Origin: Syntrophales bacterium
GTDB taxonomy: Bacteria > Desulfobacterota > Syntrophia > Syntrophales > UBA4778
Direction: 5' to 3'
NCBI GenBank assembly: GCA_028712885.1
Contig: JAQTPK010000003.1
Location: 11,129 to 75,128, forward strand
DNA: 64,000 nucleotides
Made by a program: the position numbers and the translations under genes. Below the pieces are notes generated by a model, which had not been told where the DNA came from, searched no databases, and saw only the letters and a program-made list of their open reading frames with translations. Below are positions 8,323-18,260 of the stretch, piece by piece. Every line of letters begins with the position of its first letter. Position 1 is the stretch's first letter.

Positions 8323-9726
8323 ATGGCGGAAAAAAAATATGACTTGATCGTTGTCGGCGCCGGCATCGCCGGTCTTGGAGTGGGAGCTATCGCGGCCAAG
8401 GAGGGAAAGCAGAAGGTCCTGGTGCTTGACCGCTTTCCCAAGGTCGGCGGCAGAATGATGAGCTATGAGGGCTATCCCGCCAAGGGGTGGCGGGTTGATA
8501 TCGGGCTGCACCTGGTGGAGCTGGGCGAACAGGCATCATGCACGGAGCTCAACGAGCGGGTCGGAAAGAAAATCGAATGGGGACCCTTCAGCAAGACGGT
8601 CGACATCTGGAACGGCGAAAAGTTCATGGACGTCGCGCAGCTGGTCCCGATGACCAGGGAAGAGAAGATCGCCTTCCGCGACCTGCTGGGAAAAATCGCG
8701 ATGCTGAGCGAAGCGGAAATAGAGGAATGGGACAACCGCTCCCTCGAGGAGTGGATGAATGAGAACGTGCCTCAGCCCGCGGTACGCGAGCTTTTGACCG
8801 ATCTGGGCATGATCATGACAACTATTCCCCACGCGATCGACATGGCGGCAGGCGAAGTCCTCTGGATCGCCAAGCACAACCTGCTCAAGGTCCGGCAGGC
8901 GCTGCAGGCCAGTTACCCGATTGACGGCATGGAAGGGATTACACGGGGCCTGGCGGAAGTCATCAGGGAGAACGGCGGGGAGATCAGGCTCAACTGCGAT
9001 GTCCAGGAAATCGTCATCAGGGACAAGAAAGCGGTGGGCGTGAGGGTACCCTCGATGAAGCACGTTTATCAGGAAGAATTTCGCATGTATGAAACGGAAT
9101 TCATCGCTGCCGACCGCGTCGTGTGCGCCCTGCCCATTTACAAACTGTCTCAGATAATCGATTTCAATCCCGGGACCAGCCCGCTTCCGCGGTGGTGGGT
9201 AAAGCGCATTGAGGACATCCAGCACGAGGTGACCGGATTGATCGGCTTCGTTTTCGGGACGAAAGAGCCCCTGATCGATCCGGAGAAGAAAGTTTTCTAC
9301 AGCGCCTTGAAACTCAAGCACAGCGGATTCCCCTTCCAGGCGTGCCCCGTTTCCAACTTCTCCCCGGACGTGGCGCCTGCGGGCAAGCAGCTCTTTCATA
9401 CCGATATAGTTGTGGAGCACGAGCAGGCCTCGGACAAGTTCGAGCGGGAGCGGCTTTTGGCGCTGATGTGGGAGGACATGAAAGAGATGTTCCCCGGCCT
9501 CGAGGAAAAGCTGGAATGGCGGCTTCCTTATTATGTGGACGGCTGCGACGGCCTGGCCCGCCAGCCGGGTCTGGTCGGAAATTTCAAGCCGGCGCTGCAG
9601 GCCCCCGGCATCCCCAACCTCTATTTCGCCGGCGACACTTATATCGGCAGGGGCCTGGCTATAAATGGCGCGGCCCAGAGCTCAATGAGGTGCGCGGACC
9701 TTATCCTGAGAGATTTGAAGAAATAG
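8323..9726 (+). CDS. FAD-dependent oxidoreductase, phytoene-desaturase (CrtI)/amine-oxidase fold
   Basis: N-terminal dinucleotide motif YDLIVVGAGIAGLGVGAIAAKEG...VLVLDR..KVGGR and C-terminal NLYFAGDTYIGRGLAINGAAQS, typical of the CrtI-like family; 467 aa. Confidence 0.7.
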   Translation: MAEKKYDLIVVGAGIAGLGVGAIAAKEGKQKVLVLDRFPKVGGRMMSYEGYPAKGWRVDIGLHLVELGEQASCTELNERVGKKIEWGPFSKTVDIWNGEKFMDVAQLVPMTREEKIAFRDLLGKIAMLSEAEIEEWDNRSLEEWMNENVPQPAVRELLTDLGMIMTTIPHAIDMAAGEVLWIAKHNLLKVRQALQASYPIDGMEGITRGLAEVIRENGGEIRLNCDVQEIVIRDKKAVGVRVPSMKHVYQEEFRMYETEFIAADRVVCALPIYKLSQIIDFNPGTSPLPRWWVKRIEDIQHEVTGLIGFVFGTKEPLIDPEKKVFYSALKLKHSGFPFQACPVSNFSPDVAPAGKQLFHTDIVVEHEQASDKFERERLLALMWEDMKEMFPGLEEKLEWRLPYYVDGCDGLARQPGLVGNFKPALQAPGIPNLYFAGDTYIGRGLAINGAAQSSMRCADLILRDLKK

Positions 9727-9814
9727 CCGGCAGGGAAGCGGGTAAACCGGGGTCCGGTATTATCTTGCCGGATCCCATAAAGATCAATCAGACAACCAGG
9801 GAGAGCATCCGAAC

Positions 9815-10669
9815 ATGATCAAGAAGCTCTGTGTTATAGGCGCGGGCACCATGGGTGCCGGCATCGCGCAGGTGGCCGTTGAAAAAGGCGTGAAGGTCGC
9901 AATCCGTGATATCGAGGACCGCTTTGTTGAAAAGGGATTGGGGACAATCCGCAATTTCCTGGGCAGGAAAGTGGAAAAAGGAAAGCTGTCGAAAGATGAG
10001 CACGACGCGATACTCGGAAGACTGAAGGGTACAACGAGCATGGAGGATGCAACCGCCGGCGCAGACATGGTAATCGAGGCGGTTGTCGAGGACATGACGC
10101 TGAAACAGAATGTTTTTGCCGAACTGGATAAGCTCTGCCCGCCGCAGGTGATCCTGGCCTCCAATACGTCGACGCTCAGCATTACAGAAATCGCTTCGGC
10201 GACAAAAAACCCCCAACGCGTCCTGGGCACGCATTTCTTCAGTCCCGTCCCGGTGATGAGGCTTGTGGAGGTAATCTCCGGAGACAAAACGGACGAAAAA
10301 GTTCTGAAATCCGCTCTGGATATCATGGCCGCTTTCGGCAAGACCCCCATCCGGGCCAAGGATGTTCCGGGATTTATCGTGAACCGTTTTCTGTGCCTGC
10401 TGTACAACGAGGCGGCAGACCAGATTTACAAAGGATATGCCGCGGCGCAGGACATCGACCTCGGCCTCAAACTGGGTTCCAATCATCCCATGGGTCCGAT
10501 CGAGATCATGGATATGGCCGGAGTTGATGTCGTCTATAACGCTCTGAAGGCGCTGTACGAGATGACGGGCGAGGAGAGATACAAACCATCTCCACTGTTT
10601 GAGCGGATGATCAGGGAAAACAGGCTCGGCAGGAAAACAGGCCGCGGATTTTACGACTACACGAAATAA
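9815..10669 (+). CDS. hbd: 3-hydroxyacyl-CoA (3-hydroxybutyryl-CoA) dehydrogenase
   Basis: KLCVIGAGTMGAGIAQV NAD motif, ILASNTSTLSITEIA, GTHFFSPVPVMRLVEVI, PGFIVNRFL; 284 aa. Confidence 0.9.
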   Translation: MIKKLCVIGAGTMGAGIAQVAVEKGVKVAIRDIEDRFVEKGLGTIRNFLGRKVEKGKLSKDEHDAILGRLKGTTSMEDATAGADMVIEAVVEDMTLKQNVFAELDKLCPPQVILASNTSTLSITEIASATKNPQRVLGTHFFSPVPVMRLVEVISGDKTDEKVLKSALDIMAAFGKTPIRAKDVPGFIVNRFLCLLYNEAADQIYKGYAAAQDIDLGLKLGSNHPMGPIEIMDMAGVDVVYNALKALYEMTGEERYKPSPLFERMIRENRLGRKTGRGFYDYTK

Positions 10670-10681
10670 GCGGAGAAAATA

Positions 10682-11827
10682 ATGGATTTCATTTTGAACG
10701 AAGACCAGAAAATGCTGCGGGACACGGTCCGGCGCATCGCCGGGGAGAAGTTCGCGCCCATTGCGGCGGAGATTGATGAAAAGGAGGTCTTCCCCTCCGA
10801 TTCAGTTTCAGTCCTGAGAGACAACGGCCTGCTGGGCATTCAGATACCCGAGGAATACGGCGGCGCGGGAGCTGGCATGCTGTCGATGGTTCTTGTCGTG
10901 GAAGAAGTCGCGCGTGTCTGCTGCTCCACGTCCGTCATCCTGACCACCCAGGCACTGGCCAGCGACCCCCTGCTTCTGGCAGGCACGGAAGAGCAGAAGA
11001 AAAATTTCCTTCGCCGGCTTGCGACGGGCGATTGCCTGGGCGCCTGCGGGATCACCGAACCGGGAGCCGGTTCCGATGTCTCCGGGATGAAAACAACCGC
11101 CAGGAAGGTGGACGGCGGGTATGTGCTGGACGGCGCCAAAATCTTTATCACCAACGGCGGCGAGGCCGAGATCGTGACGGTGCTGGCCTGCACGGACAGG
11201 GATAAAGGCAACCGCGGCATCAGCATGCTGATCCTGGATAAAGGCATGCCGGGTTTCACTGTCGGCAAGAAGGAACACAAAATGGGGCTCCATGGTTCGG
11301 ATACGCGCGAGCTCGTGTTTGATAACGTGTTTGTTCCGGCGGACAGGCTGCTGGGCCCCGAAGGGAGCGGCTTCCGCACTCTGATGACGACTTTCAATTT
11401 CACAAGGCCCGCCGTAGGCGGGCAGGCGCTTGGCCTGGCGCAGGGAGCGTTGGAGGCTTCAATCAGGTACGCCAGAGAGCGCGTGCAGTTCGGCAAGCCC
11501 CTTTCCTCGTTCCAGGGCATGCAGTGGATGCTCGCGGAGATGGCTCTTGGCGTGGAGACGGCGCGGTCCATCGTGTACCGGGCCGCCTCGATGATCGACA
11601 CCGAGCCGGAATCTCCGGAGCTCGCCAAAATAGCCTCCATGGCCAAGTGGTATGCGTCCGATGTCGCAATGAAGGTGACCACTGATGCAGTCCAGGTCTT
11701 CGGCGGCTACGGCTATGTCCGGGAATACCCCGTCGAGAGAATGATGCGCGACGCAAAGATCACCCAGATATATGAAGGAACCAACCAGATCCAGAGGACA
11801 ATCGTAGCGGGCCAGATACTGAGATAA
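10682..11827 (+). CDS. Acyl-CoA dehydrogenase, short-chain/butyryl-CoA type
   Basis: [14 protein letters not shown]; [33 protein letters not shown] with the canonical YEG catalytic Glu. Confidence 0.9.
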   Translation: MDFILNEDQKMLRDTVRRIAGEKFAPIAAEIDEKEVFPSDSVSVLRDNGLLGIQIPEEYGGAGAGMLSMVLVVEEVARVCCSTSVILTTQALASDPLLLAGTEEQKKNFLRRLATGDCLGACGITEPGAGSDVSGMKTTARKVDGGYVLDGAKIFITNGGEAEIVTVLACTDRDKGNRGISMLILDKGMPGFTVGKKEHKMGLHGSDTRELVFDNVFVPADRLLGPEGSGFRTLMTTFNFTRPAVGGQALGLAQGALEASIRYARERVQFGKPLSSFQGMQWMLAEMALGVETARSIVYRAASMIDTEPESPELAKIASMAKWYASDVAMKVTTDAVQVFGGYGYVREYPVERMMRDAKITQIYEGTNQIQRTIVAGQILR

Positions 11828-11889
11828 AGGGCGACGCCCGCGAGATAAAAGGAATCAGGCGTGTTGATCGTTGCTAAGGAGAACGAGCA

Positions 11890-13047
11890 ATGGATTTCAC
11901 ATTCAGCAATGAACAGAAAATATTTCGCGACACCATCTACCGCTTCTGCAGGGAAGAGGTCGCGCCTCTTTGCGAAGAATCCGACCGTAAAGGCGAGTTC
12001 AGTTTCGAGGTCTGGCGGAAGCTCGGCGGCATGGGGCTCCTGGGACTTCCCATACCGGAAACTTACGGGGGCGCCGGCGCTGATTTCATAACCTGCTGCA
12101 TTGCGGGCGAGGCCATGGGGCACGCCGGCGTAGACGGCGGCCATCTCCTGACCCTTGGCGCCCACAGCTATCTTTGCGCCGCCAATATCGTCGAACACGG
12201 TACGGAGGAGCAGAAGCAAAAATATCTTCCGGGCCTGGCGACGGGCGACGACATCGGCTGCATGTGCCTGACGGAACCGAGCTGCGGTTCGGATGCGGGA
12301 GCCCTGCTGACGGCGGCCGTGAGGAAAGGCGACAAATATATCCTTAACGGCTCCAAGACCTTCATCACCAATGCCCCGGTTGCCGGGGTATTCATTGTAT
12401 TCGCCACGCTCGACCGATCAACAAAGCACAAGGGAATAACTTGCTTCATCGTGGACCGTGACACACCCGGCCTGTCCACGGGTAATCCCATGCACAAGAT
12501 GGGCGTCAAGTGTTCGACTACCTCCGAGGTCTTTTTTGAGGACTGCGAGGTCCCCGCGGAGAACCTGCTTGGCGGCGAGGGGAACGGCTGGAATATAGCC
12601 CTGGGGGGAGTTGAGTGGGACCGCAGCACCCTGCTCTCCCCTTTCCTCGGGAACGCGATGTTCACGCTGGAGAGCTGCTCCCGTTATGCCAACGAGAGAC
12701 GGGCCTTCGGCCAGCCGATCGGGGAATTCCAGTCCATCCAGAACCGCATAGCCGATATGCGGGTCTATGTAGAAGCGGCAAGGCTGGCCATCTATCGGGT
12801 TGCGGCTTCCAAGGACAACGGAGCCAGACTCAACCCGCTGCTCGCCTCCGTCAACAAGATGTACGTGGGCGACAAGGGATTTGAGATGTGTTCCGCCGCC
12901 GTGGACCTCTTTGGCGGTTACGGTTACATCCACGAATACCCTGTGGAGCGCGGCATGAGAGATGCGAAACTGGGACAACTCGGCGGCGGAACATCCGATA
13001 TCATGCGCATGATCGTCGCCCGGGCTATGGTGGGGAGACAGAAATGA
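11890..13047 (+). CDS. Acyl-CoA dehydrogenase (IVD-like C-terminal motif)
   Basis: CLTEPSCGSDAGAL; FGGYGYIHEYPVERGMRDAKLGQLGGGTSDIMR; AAGGAGA SD. Confidence 0.85.
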   Translation: MDFTFSNEQKIFRDTIYRFCREEVAPLCEESDRKGEFSFEVWRKLGGMGLLGLPIPETYGGAGADFITCCIAGEAMGHAGVDGGHLLTLGAHSYLCAANIVEHGTEEQKQKYLPGLATGDDIGCMCLTEPSCGSDAGALLTAAVRKGDKYILNGSKTFITNAPVAGVFIVFATLDRSTKHKGITCFIVDRDTPGLSTGNPMHKMGVKCSTTSEVFFEDCEVPAENLLGGEGNGWNIALGGVEWDRSTLLSPFLGNAMFTLESCSRYANERRAFGQPIGEFQSIQNRIADMRVYVEAARLAIYRVAASKDNGARLNPLLASVNKMYVGDKGFEMCSAAVDLFGGYGYIHEYPVERGMRDAKLGQLGGGTSDIMRMIVARAMVGRQK

Positions 13048-14189
13048 TCGATTACGAATTGACCAGTGCGCAAAAGGAATTGCGGGAAAGGACAGCCCTC
13101 TTCTGTGCGTCTGAAATAGCGCCCTCGGCATCGGCGCTGGACAGCGCACCCCGGGACGAAGCAGGTCGCATCGTGCGGGAGGCCATTAAGAAGCTGGGAA
13201 AGGCCGGTTACCTCGATCTCCTTGTAAATGGAGATTTCGTGAGCCGGTGCGTTGCCGGCGAGGAGCTCGCCAGGAGCTGTCCTTCCACTTTCTTTTCCGC
13301 CATGTATTCCGGAACGTCATTCGGGTTGGCCATTAAATCATTCGGCAGCAGGGCCCAACAGGATCGTTATCTGCCGGGCATCATCTCCGGAGAGAGAATC
13401 GGCGCCCTGGCGTGTACGGAAGACAGCGCGGGCTCGGACCTCTCCTTGATTGAAACCAGGGCCGAACTCGGCGGCGATAAATGGATCCTGACCGGATCCA
13501 AGGACTTCGTGACCAACGCGCCTGTCGCCGATTTCTTCCTTGTATCGGCCTGGACGGACCGCGAGGCGGGTTGCGAAAAAGGCTTGTCGTTTTTCGTGGT
13601 GGACCGGGGGATATCCGGTTTTGATACTACGGAAACAGTGGAAACGATGGGCCTGCGCGGCGCCCCGGCGGCGGGCATCAGGCTTTCCCGCTGCAGCGTC
13701 CCCGCCGGAAATCTTCTGGGCAAAGCCGGGCAGGGTCATGCAATCCTGGGGTGCATCAACGAATGGCTGAAAATTTCCCTTTCGGCAATGTCCCTGGGAA
13801 TCGGAGTGGCTTGCATGGAGGTCTCGACAAGTTACAGCAAAAGCAGGAGCGCCTTCGGCAGGCCCATCGGCCTTTTCGAGGGCGTGGGGGCCAAGCTGGC
13901 AATCATGTTCACCAATAACGATCTGGGACGCATGCTTACCCTGAGGGCCGCCTGGAGCATGGACCGCAGGGAGGCGGAATCATCCGTGCTCGCCTCCTGC
14001 GCCAAGCTTTTCACTAGCGAATCCGCAAATAAGACAGCTGACCTGGCCATGCAGGTGCATGGCGGGCACGGTTATATTAAGGGAACTGCAATCGAGCGCC
14101 TGTACCGTGATGCGCGTTTTGCCGAGCTTGCGTGCGGGACTTCCGAGATGCAGCGGGCCTTTATCGCCCGTGACAGTTTGAACCGTTAA
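13044..14189 (+). CDS. Acyl-CoA dehydrogenase family protein (divergent)
   Basis: Track start 12888 is an overlap artefact; ATG 13044 overlaps the upstream stop (ATGA). ACTEDSAGSDLSLI; HGGHGYIKGTAIERLYRDARFAELACGTSEMQR (LAC replaces YEG). Confidence 0.8.
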   Translation: MIDYELTSAQKELRERTALFCASEIAPSASALDSAPRDEAGRIVREAIKKLGKAGYLDLLVNGDFVSRCVAGEELARSCPSTFFSAMYSGTSFGLAIKSFGSRAQQDRYLPGIISGERIGALACTEDSAGSDLSLIETRAELGGDKWILTGSKDFVTNAPVADFFLVSAWTDREAGCEKGLSFFVVDRGISGFDTTETVETMGLRGAPAAGIRLSRCSVPAGNLLGKAGQGHAILGCINEWLKISLSAMSLGIGVACMEVSTSYSKSRSAFGRPIGLFEGVGAKLAIMFTNNDLGRMLTLRAAWSMDRREAESSVLASCAKLFTSESANKTADLAMQVHGGHGYIKGTAIERLYRDARFAELACGTSEMQRAFIARDSLNR

Positions 14190-14239
14190 AAGGCCTGATT
14201 GATTGCAGCTGATTTTGATTCCAGGGAAGCGATATCAAA

Positions 14240-15025
14240 ATGAAAAGAGATTACGTGAATTATGAGGTCGAAGGACGTCTGGCCGTGGTGACTGTCGATA
14301 ATCCGCCGATGAATCCCTTGAGCAGACGGGTCATGCAGGAGCTGGGAGAAATATTTGATGAGATAGAATCCCGTACGGACATCGGCGTTGCCATAATTGC
14401 CGGAGGCGGGACAAAGGCCTTTGTCGCCGGGGCGGATATCAAAGGCTTCAAAGATTTCATAGGCAGCCGGGAAGCAGCCTTCGCGAGCTCGCGCGGGATG
14501 CAGGCCGTTTTTGCAAAAATTGAAAATTCCCGGGTTGTCGTGATTGCCGCCATTAACGGCCTGGCATTGGGCGGAGGCTGCGAGCTCGCGGCAGCCTGCG
14601 ACATCAGGATAGGCGGCGACAATATCGTAATCGGCGTACCCGAAGTAAAGCTCGGCCTCATCCCCGGGGCCGGCGGCACGCAGCGCCTGGCAAGACTGAT
14701 CGGAAAAGGACGAGCCAAGATGATGGTCTTAACCGGAGCTTTCTTCAATGCCGGGGACGCGGTCCGGATGGGCCTGCTGGACAAGGTTGTTCCGGCGGAA
14801 GACGTCCTTTCCGAGGCAAAGCAAATCGCCGCCGCTATTCTCGCCAATGCGCCGCTGGCGGTGGAGGCGGCAAAAAAGGCCATAAACCAGGGTATCGAAC
14901 TGGGCCTCGAGGACGGCATGCTGCTCGAGGCCGCATTGGAAAGTGATTTATTCGTGACAGAAGACTTGCAGGAGGGGGTGGGCGCCTTTATCGAGAAAAG
15001 AACTCCCTCTTTTCGGCGCAAATAA
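14240..15025 (+). CDS. Enoyl-CoA hydratase/isomerase (crotonase)
   Basis: FVAGADIKGF, LGGGCELAAACDIRI, PEVKLGLIPGAGGTQRL (both catalytic Glu positions present). Confidence 0.9.
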   Translation: MKRDYVNYEVEGRLAVVTVDNPPMNPLSRRVMQELGEIFDEIESRTDIGVAIIAGGGTKAFVAGADIKGFKDFIGSREAAFASSRGMQAVFAKIENSRVVVIAAINGLALGGGCELAAACDIRIGGDNIVIGVPEVKLGLIPGAGGTQRLARLIGKGRAKMMVLTGAFFNAGDAVRMGLLDKVVPAEDVLSEAKQIAAAILANAPLAVEAAKKAINQGIELGLEDGMLLEAALESDLFVTEDLQEGVGAFIEKRTPSFRRK

Positions 15026-15061
15026 AAACCCGCCACCCTTTATCTGAGGAGATACGCAGAA

Positions 15062-15829
15062 ATGACAGATGCAGATATTGTTCTTTATGAAAAGCAGGAC
15101 GCAATCGCCTTCCTGACAATAAATCGCCCGGAAGCAATGAACGCCCTCAACACGGAGGTCAACCTGAAGCTGATAGAATGCCTCGACAGGGCGGAAAACG
15201 AACAGGATATCAGGGTCATAATCCTGAAAGGCGCGGGAGACGCCGCCTTTATTGCGGGCGGCGATATAAAGGAGATGATCGATAAAGACGCCATGGGCGC
15301 CCGGAATTATGCCCTGGCCGCCAAGCGGGTCGTAGACAGGATATGGAACTTGAGCAAGCCGGTAATTGCCTCCATTCAAGGTTTCTGCCTGGGCGGCGGC
15401 CTTGAGTACGCAATGGCCTGCGATCTTCGGATAGCCTCGGACAAGGCCCGGTTCGGGCAGCCGGAAATAAACATCGGAATCATGCCGGGCAGCGCGGGGA
15501 CGCAGAGGCTTTCCCGCCTGATCGGAATCACCAAAGCGAAGGAGCTTTGTTTCACGGGCGACATGATCGGGGCGGCGGAAGCGCTCGATCTTGGCCTGAT
15601 CAATAAAGTCCACCCGGCGGATGCGCTTCTGGAGGAAACGATCGCGCTTGCGAAGAAGATCGCTTCCAAAAGCGCGCCGGCGCTCAGCTTGATGAAATCG
15701 GCCATCAACAAGGGAACCGGGATCGACCTCGAATCGGCCTCGCTTTTTGAGATTGATTGTTTCGGCCTGTGTTTCTCAACGGAGGAGCAAAAGCAGGCAA
15801 TGAACAGGTTTGTCAACAAGAAAAAATGA
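15062..15829 (+). CDS. Enoyl-CoA hydratase/isomerase (crotonase), second copy
   Basis: FIAGGDIKEM, CLGGGLEYAMACDLRIA, GQPEINIGIMPGSAGTQRL. Confidence 0.9.
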   Translation: MTDADIVLYEKQDAIAFLTINRPEAMNALNTEVNLKLIECLDRAENEQDIRVIILKGAGDAAFIAGGDIKEMIDKDAMGARNYALAAKRVVDRIWNLSKPVIASIQGFCLGGGLEYAMACDLRIASDKARFGQPEINIGIMPGSAGTQRLSRLIGITKAKELCFTGDMIGAAEALDLGLINKVHPADALLEETIALAKKIASKSAPALSLMKSAINKGTGIDLESASLFEIDCFGLCFSTEEQKQAMNRFVNKKK

Positions 15830-15889
15830 AGGGGAGTAATTGTATCGAACTGCTGTTGATGAAATAGTTTAAGAGGAGGAGAAGAAGAA

Positions 15890-17251
15890 ATGGTCAAGAC
15901 GGATTGGATGTACCAGTATAAAAAGAAACTATGTACGGCGGAAGCTGCCGCCCGGGCGGTTTGTGACGACGACTTCATAATGACGCCCCTGTGTCTGGGC
16001 CAGCCAAGCACCCTCATACCGGACGCCATCGCCGACCGGAAGGACGAACTCAAAAATGTCGAGTGGCGCTGGAACCTTGCCATCAGGCCCTATAAAATGT
16101 TTAAACCTGAATACAGCAGCACCTTCAAGATTACTTCCGCTTTCACCGGAACACCATTTATCCTTTCCCAGTTTCAGGGAATGGGCTATGGGAACTACGC
16201 TCCTGCTACAGTATTCTCATCCATAAAGCAGTGGACTTACTACCGCAAGCCGGATGTCATTGTCTGCATGGTCACCCCTCCGGATAAAGACGGGTTTCTC
16301 AACATAGGCCCCGACCTGATGTTTTCCAGAGGATTGCTGGAGGGAAAATCAACTTCGCGTGGTTTCGTGGGTGGACCGCGAACGCTCATCGGGGAAGTGA
16401 ACGATCAATATATTCCTGTGTGCGGCGACGCCAGGCTGCACATATCCAATTTTACCCATATCGTGGAAAACTCTTCAACTTTGCCGGCCTTCCCGTCACC
16501 TCAGCCCAAGGATAAGCACAGGAAAATGGCCGAACACGTGGTCAGCCTTCTCAGGGACAGGGACAGCATCCAGATCGGAATAGGGGCCGTCCCCATGCTG
16601 ATTTCGGACCTTATCGCCCATTCGGATCTGAAGGATATCGGCCTCTTCACGGAGATGCTGCCGACGGGAGCTCCGGTCTGGCAGGAGAAAGGGATTCTGA
16701 CGGGAAAATACAAAACGTTCCGTCCCGGGGAGATTTCGGCAAGCTTCATCGGCCCGGTGAAAGAATTATTTGATTTCGTCAGGAATAACGAACAAATCGG
16801 ATTTTATGCAGGTGACGTAATGAACAACCCCGCCGTGATCGGAGCCGAGGAGCAGATGGTTGGAATCAACGGCGCGCTGGAAATTGATATGGCCGGCCAG
16901 GTTGCCTCCCTGACATTAGGCAACAGGATGGTTTCGGGTTATGGCGGACAGTCCGATTTTGCCATGGGCTGCCGCATGTCCCGATTCGGCAGGATGATAA
17001 TAGTCATGGCTTCGGCAACAAAAGACAAAAACGGCAAATTGATCAGCCGCATTGTCCCCAACCTCTCCCCCGGGGCGCTTGTCGGGACCCTTGCCGTCCA
17101 CGTGGATTATGTCGTGACGGAAAACGGAATTGCCGGGCCGATGGATGGAATGTCTATTGACGAAAGGGCGGAAGCCCTGATCAAGATTGCACATCCCGAG
17201 CTGCAGGATGAGCTCGTAAAGAGCGCCAAGGAGAAAGGCCTGTTCAAGTAA
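15890..17251 (+). CDS. Acetyl-CoA hydrolase/transferase family CoA-transferase (4-hydroxybutyrate CoA-transferase-like)
   Basis: 453 aa; SGYGGQSDF (GxGGxxDF) motif, overall N- and C-domain layout of the family; strong SD GAGGAGGAG. Confidence 0.8.
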   Translation: MVKTDWMYQYKKKLCTAEAAARAVCDDDFIMTPLCLGQPSTLIPDAIADRKDELKNVEWRWNLAIRPYKMFKPEYSSTFKITSAFTGTPFILSQFQGMGYGNYAPATVFSSIKQWTYYRKPDVIVCMVTPPDKDGFLNIGPDLMFSRGLLEGKSTSRGFVGGPRTLIGEVNDQYIPVCGDARLHISNFTHIVENSSTLPAFPSPQPKDKHRKMAEHVVSLLRDRDSIQIGIGAVPMLISDLIAHSDLKDIGLFTEMLPTGAPVWQEKGILTGKYKTFRPGEISASFIGPVKELFDFVRNNEQIGFYAGDVMNNPAVIGAEEQMVGINGALEIDMAGQVASLTLGNRMVSGYGGQSDFAMGCRMSRFGRMIIVMASATKDKNGKLISRIVPNLSPGALVGTLAVHVDYVVTENGIAGPMDGMSIDERAEALIKIAHPELQDELVKSAKEKGLFK

Positions 17252-17268
17252 TGCAAATAAATTCCTGA

Positions 17269-18153
17269 TCAAACGGTCAGGAACTTATCGGAAGAGGATA
17301 CCGGGGCATATTTGTCGGCCATCACGCCCCGGGACCTCTCTTCCTTAAATAAACTCTCCTCGTGTAAATCCGTGCCGCCCAGCATTACACAATGGGGCAA
17401 ATACACCAGGGCGAATGGATTTATCACGATCAGCGACGCGTCGTCCCGTCCCGGCGCAGGAGGACCGTCGTCGATCAGAATCATATCCGGTATTTCCTCC
17501 GGCCCGTATTTCTTCAAGAGATCGATAAAATATTTGTCCCTGTCCGGCGCGGCAGGGAAGGAAAGTCCTCTCAATCCATCCGTAGCCAGCACGAGCCTTG
17601 TGGAGCAGCTGACGGGCAGCATTTCGATTTGAAAGAAACGCTGCGATCGTCCGACCAGCCAGAAATTGTCCCGCGTGAACTGGCATGCCTCGGAGTTACT
17701 TAAATCACAATTGATGAGCAGGCTGTCTCCCGTGTGCATGACAATAGAGGCTACCCCTTCGGCCATTCTCAAAAGCAGAACGCCGGTGAAAGTGCACCCG
17801 GCGCCGAACGGCATGGAACAGAGCAGTCTTTCCGATTCGGCCGCCAGAATCTCTTTTATCGCTGAAATCTCCGCGGAGCTGAAAATCGTTCCCGCGGGGG
17901 CGCGCATAAGTTGCTTCAGTATTTTTGAGAACATCAGCATGAAGTGCCGGGAAGCTGAAGGGTCGCGGTCCGAACCGTCCGAAACCGCGAAAAGGCCGCT
18001 CGTGAAATCGAAAAGGGCGCAATCTCCCACTCCGCCCTGGACCTGGAGCTTGGAACTGCCATTGCCGCCTGAGATGCGCCCCCCCAAAAATCCAGGATAA
18101 CGGACCGCCCGGCGATGCCGGTTCAAAAGAAGCTGTGACTGATAATTGTCCAT
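17269..18153 (-). CDS. PP2C-like (PP2C_2/SpoIIE-type) phosphatase-fold protein, degenerate
   Basis: LFAVSDGSDRDPSAS, HTGDSLL, RLVLATDGL and RDDASLIVI resemble PPM motifs in the correct order; several metal-ligand positions cannot be confirmed by eye. Confidence 0.4.
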   Translation of the reverse strand: MDNYQSQLLLNRHRRAVRYPGFLGGRISGGNGSSKLQVQGGVGDCALFDFTSGLFAVSDGSDRDPSASRHFMLMFSKILKQLMRAPAGTIFSSAEISAIKEILAAESERLLCSMPFGAGCTFTGVLLLRMAEGVASIVMHTGDSLLINCDLSNSEACQFTRDNFWLVGRSQRFFQIEMLPVSCSTRLVLATDGLRGLSFPAAPDRDKYFIDLLKKYGPEEIPDMILIDDGPPAPGRDDASLIVINPFALVYLPHCVMLGGTDLHEESLFKEERSRGVMADKYAPVSSSDKFLTV

Positions 18154-18260
18154 ATGACCAGATTAATATTAAAGCTGTTCAAATTGCTCAAGGAAAAAGA
18201 TGCAGCAGTTCGATCATTTCATTTCTCCCAAACATGGGACAGATCCTTTCATCTTCAAAA

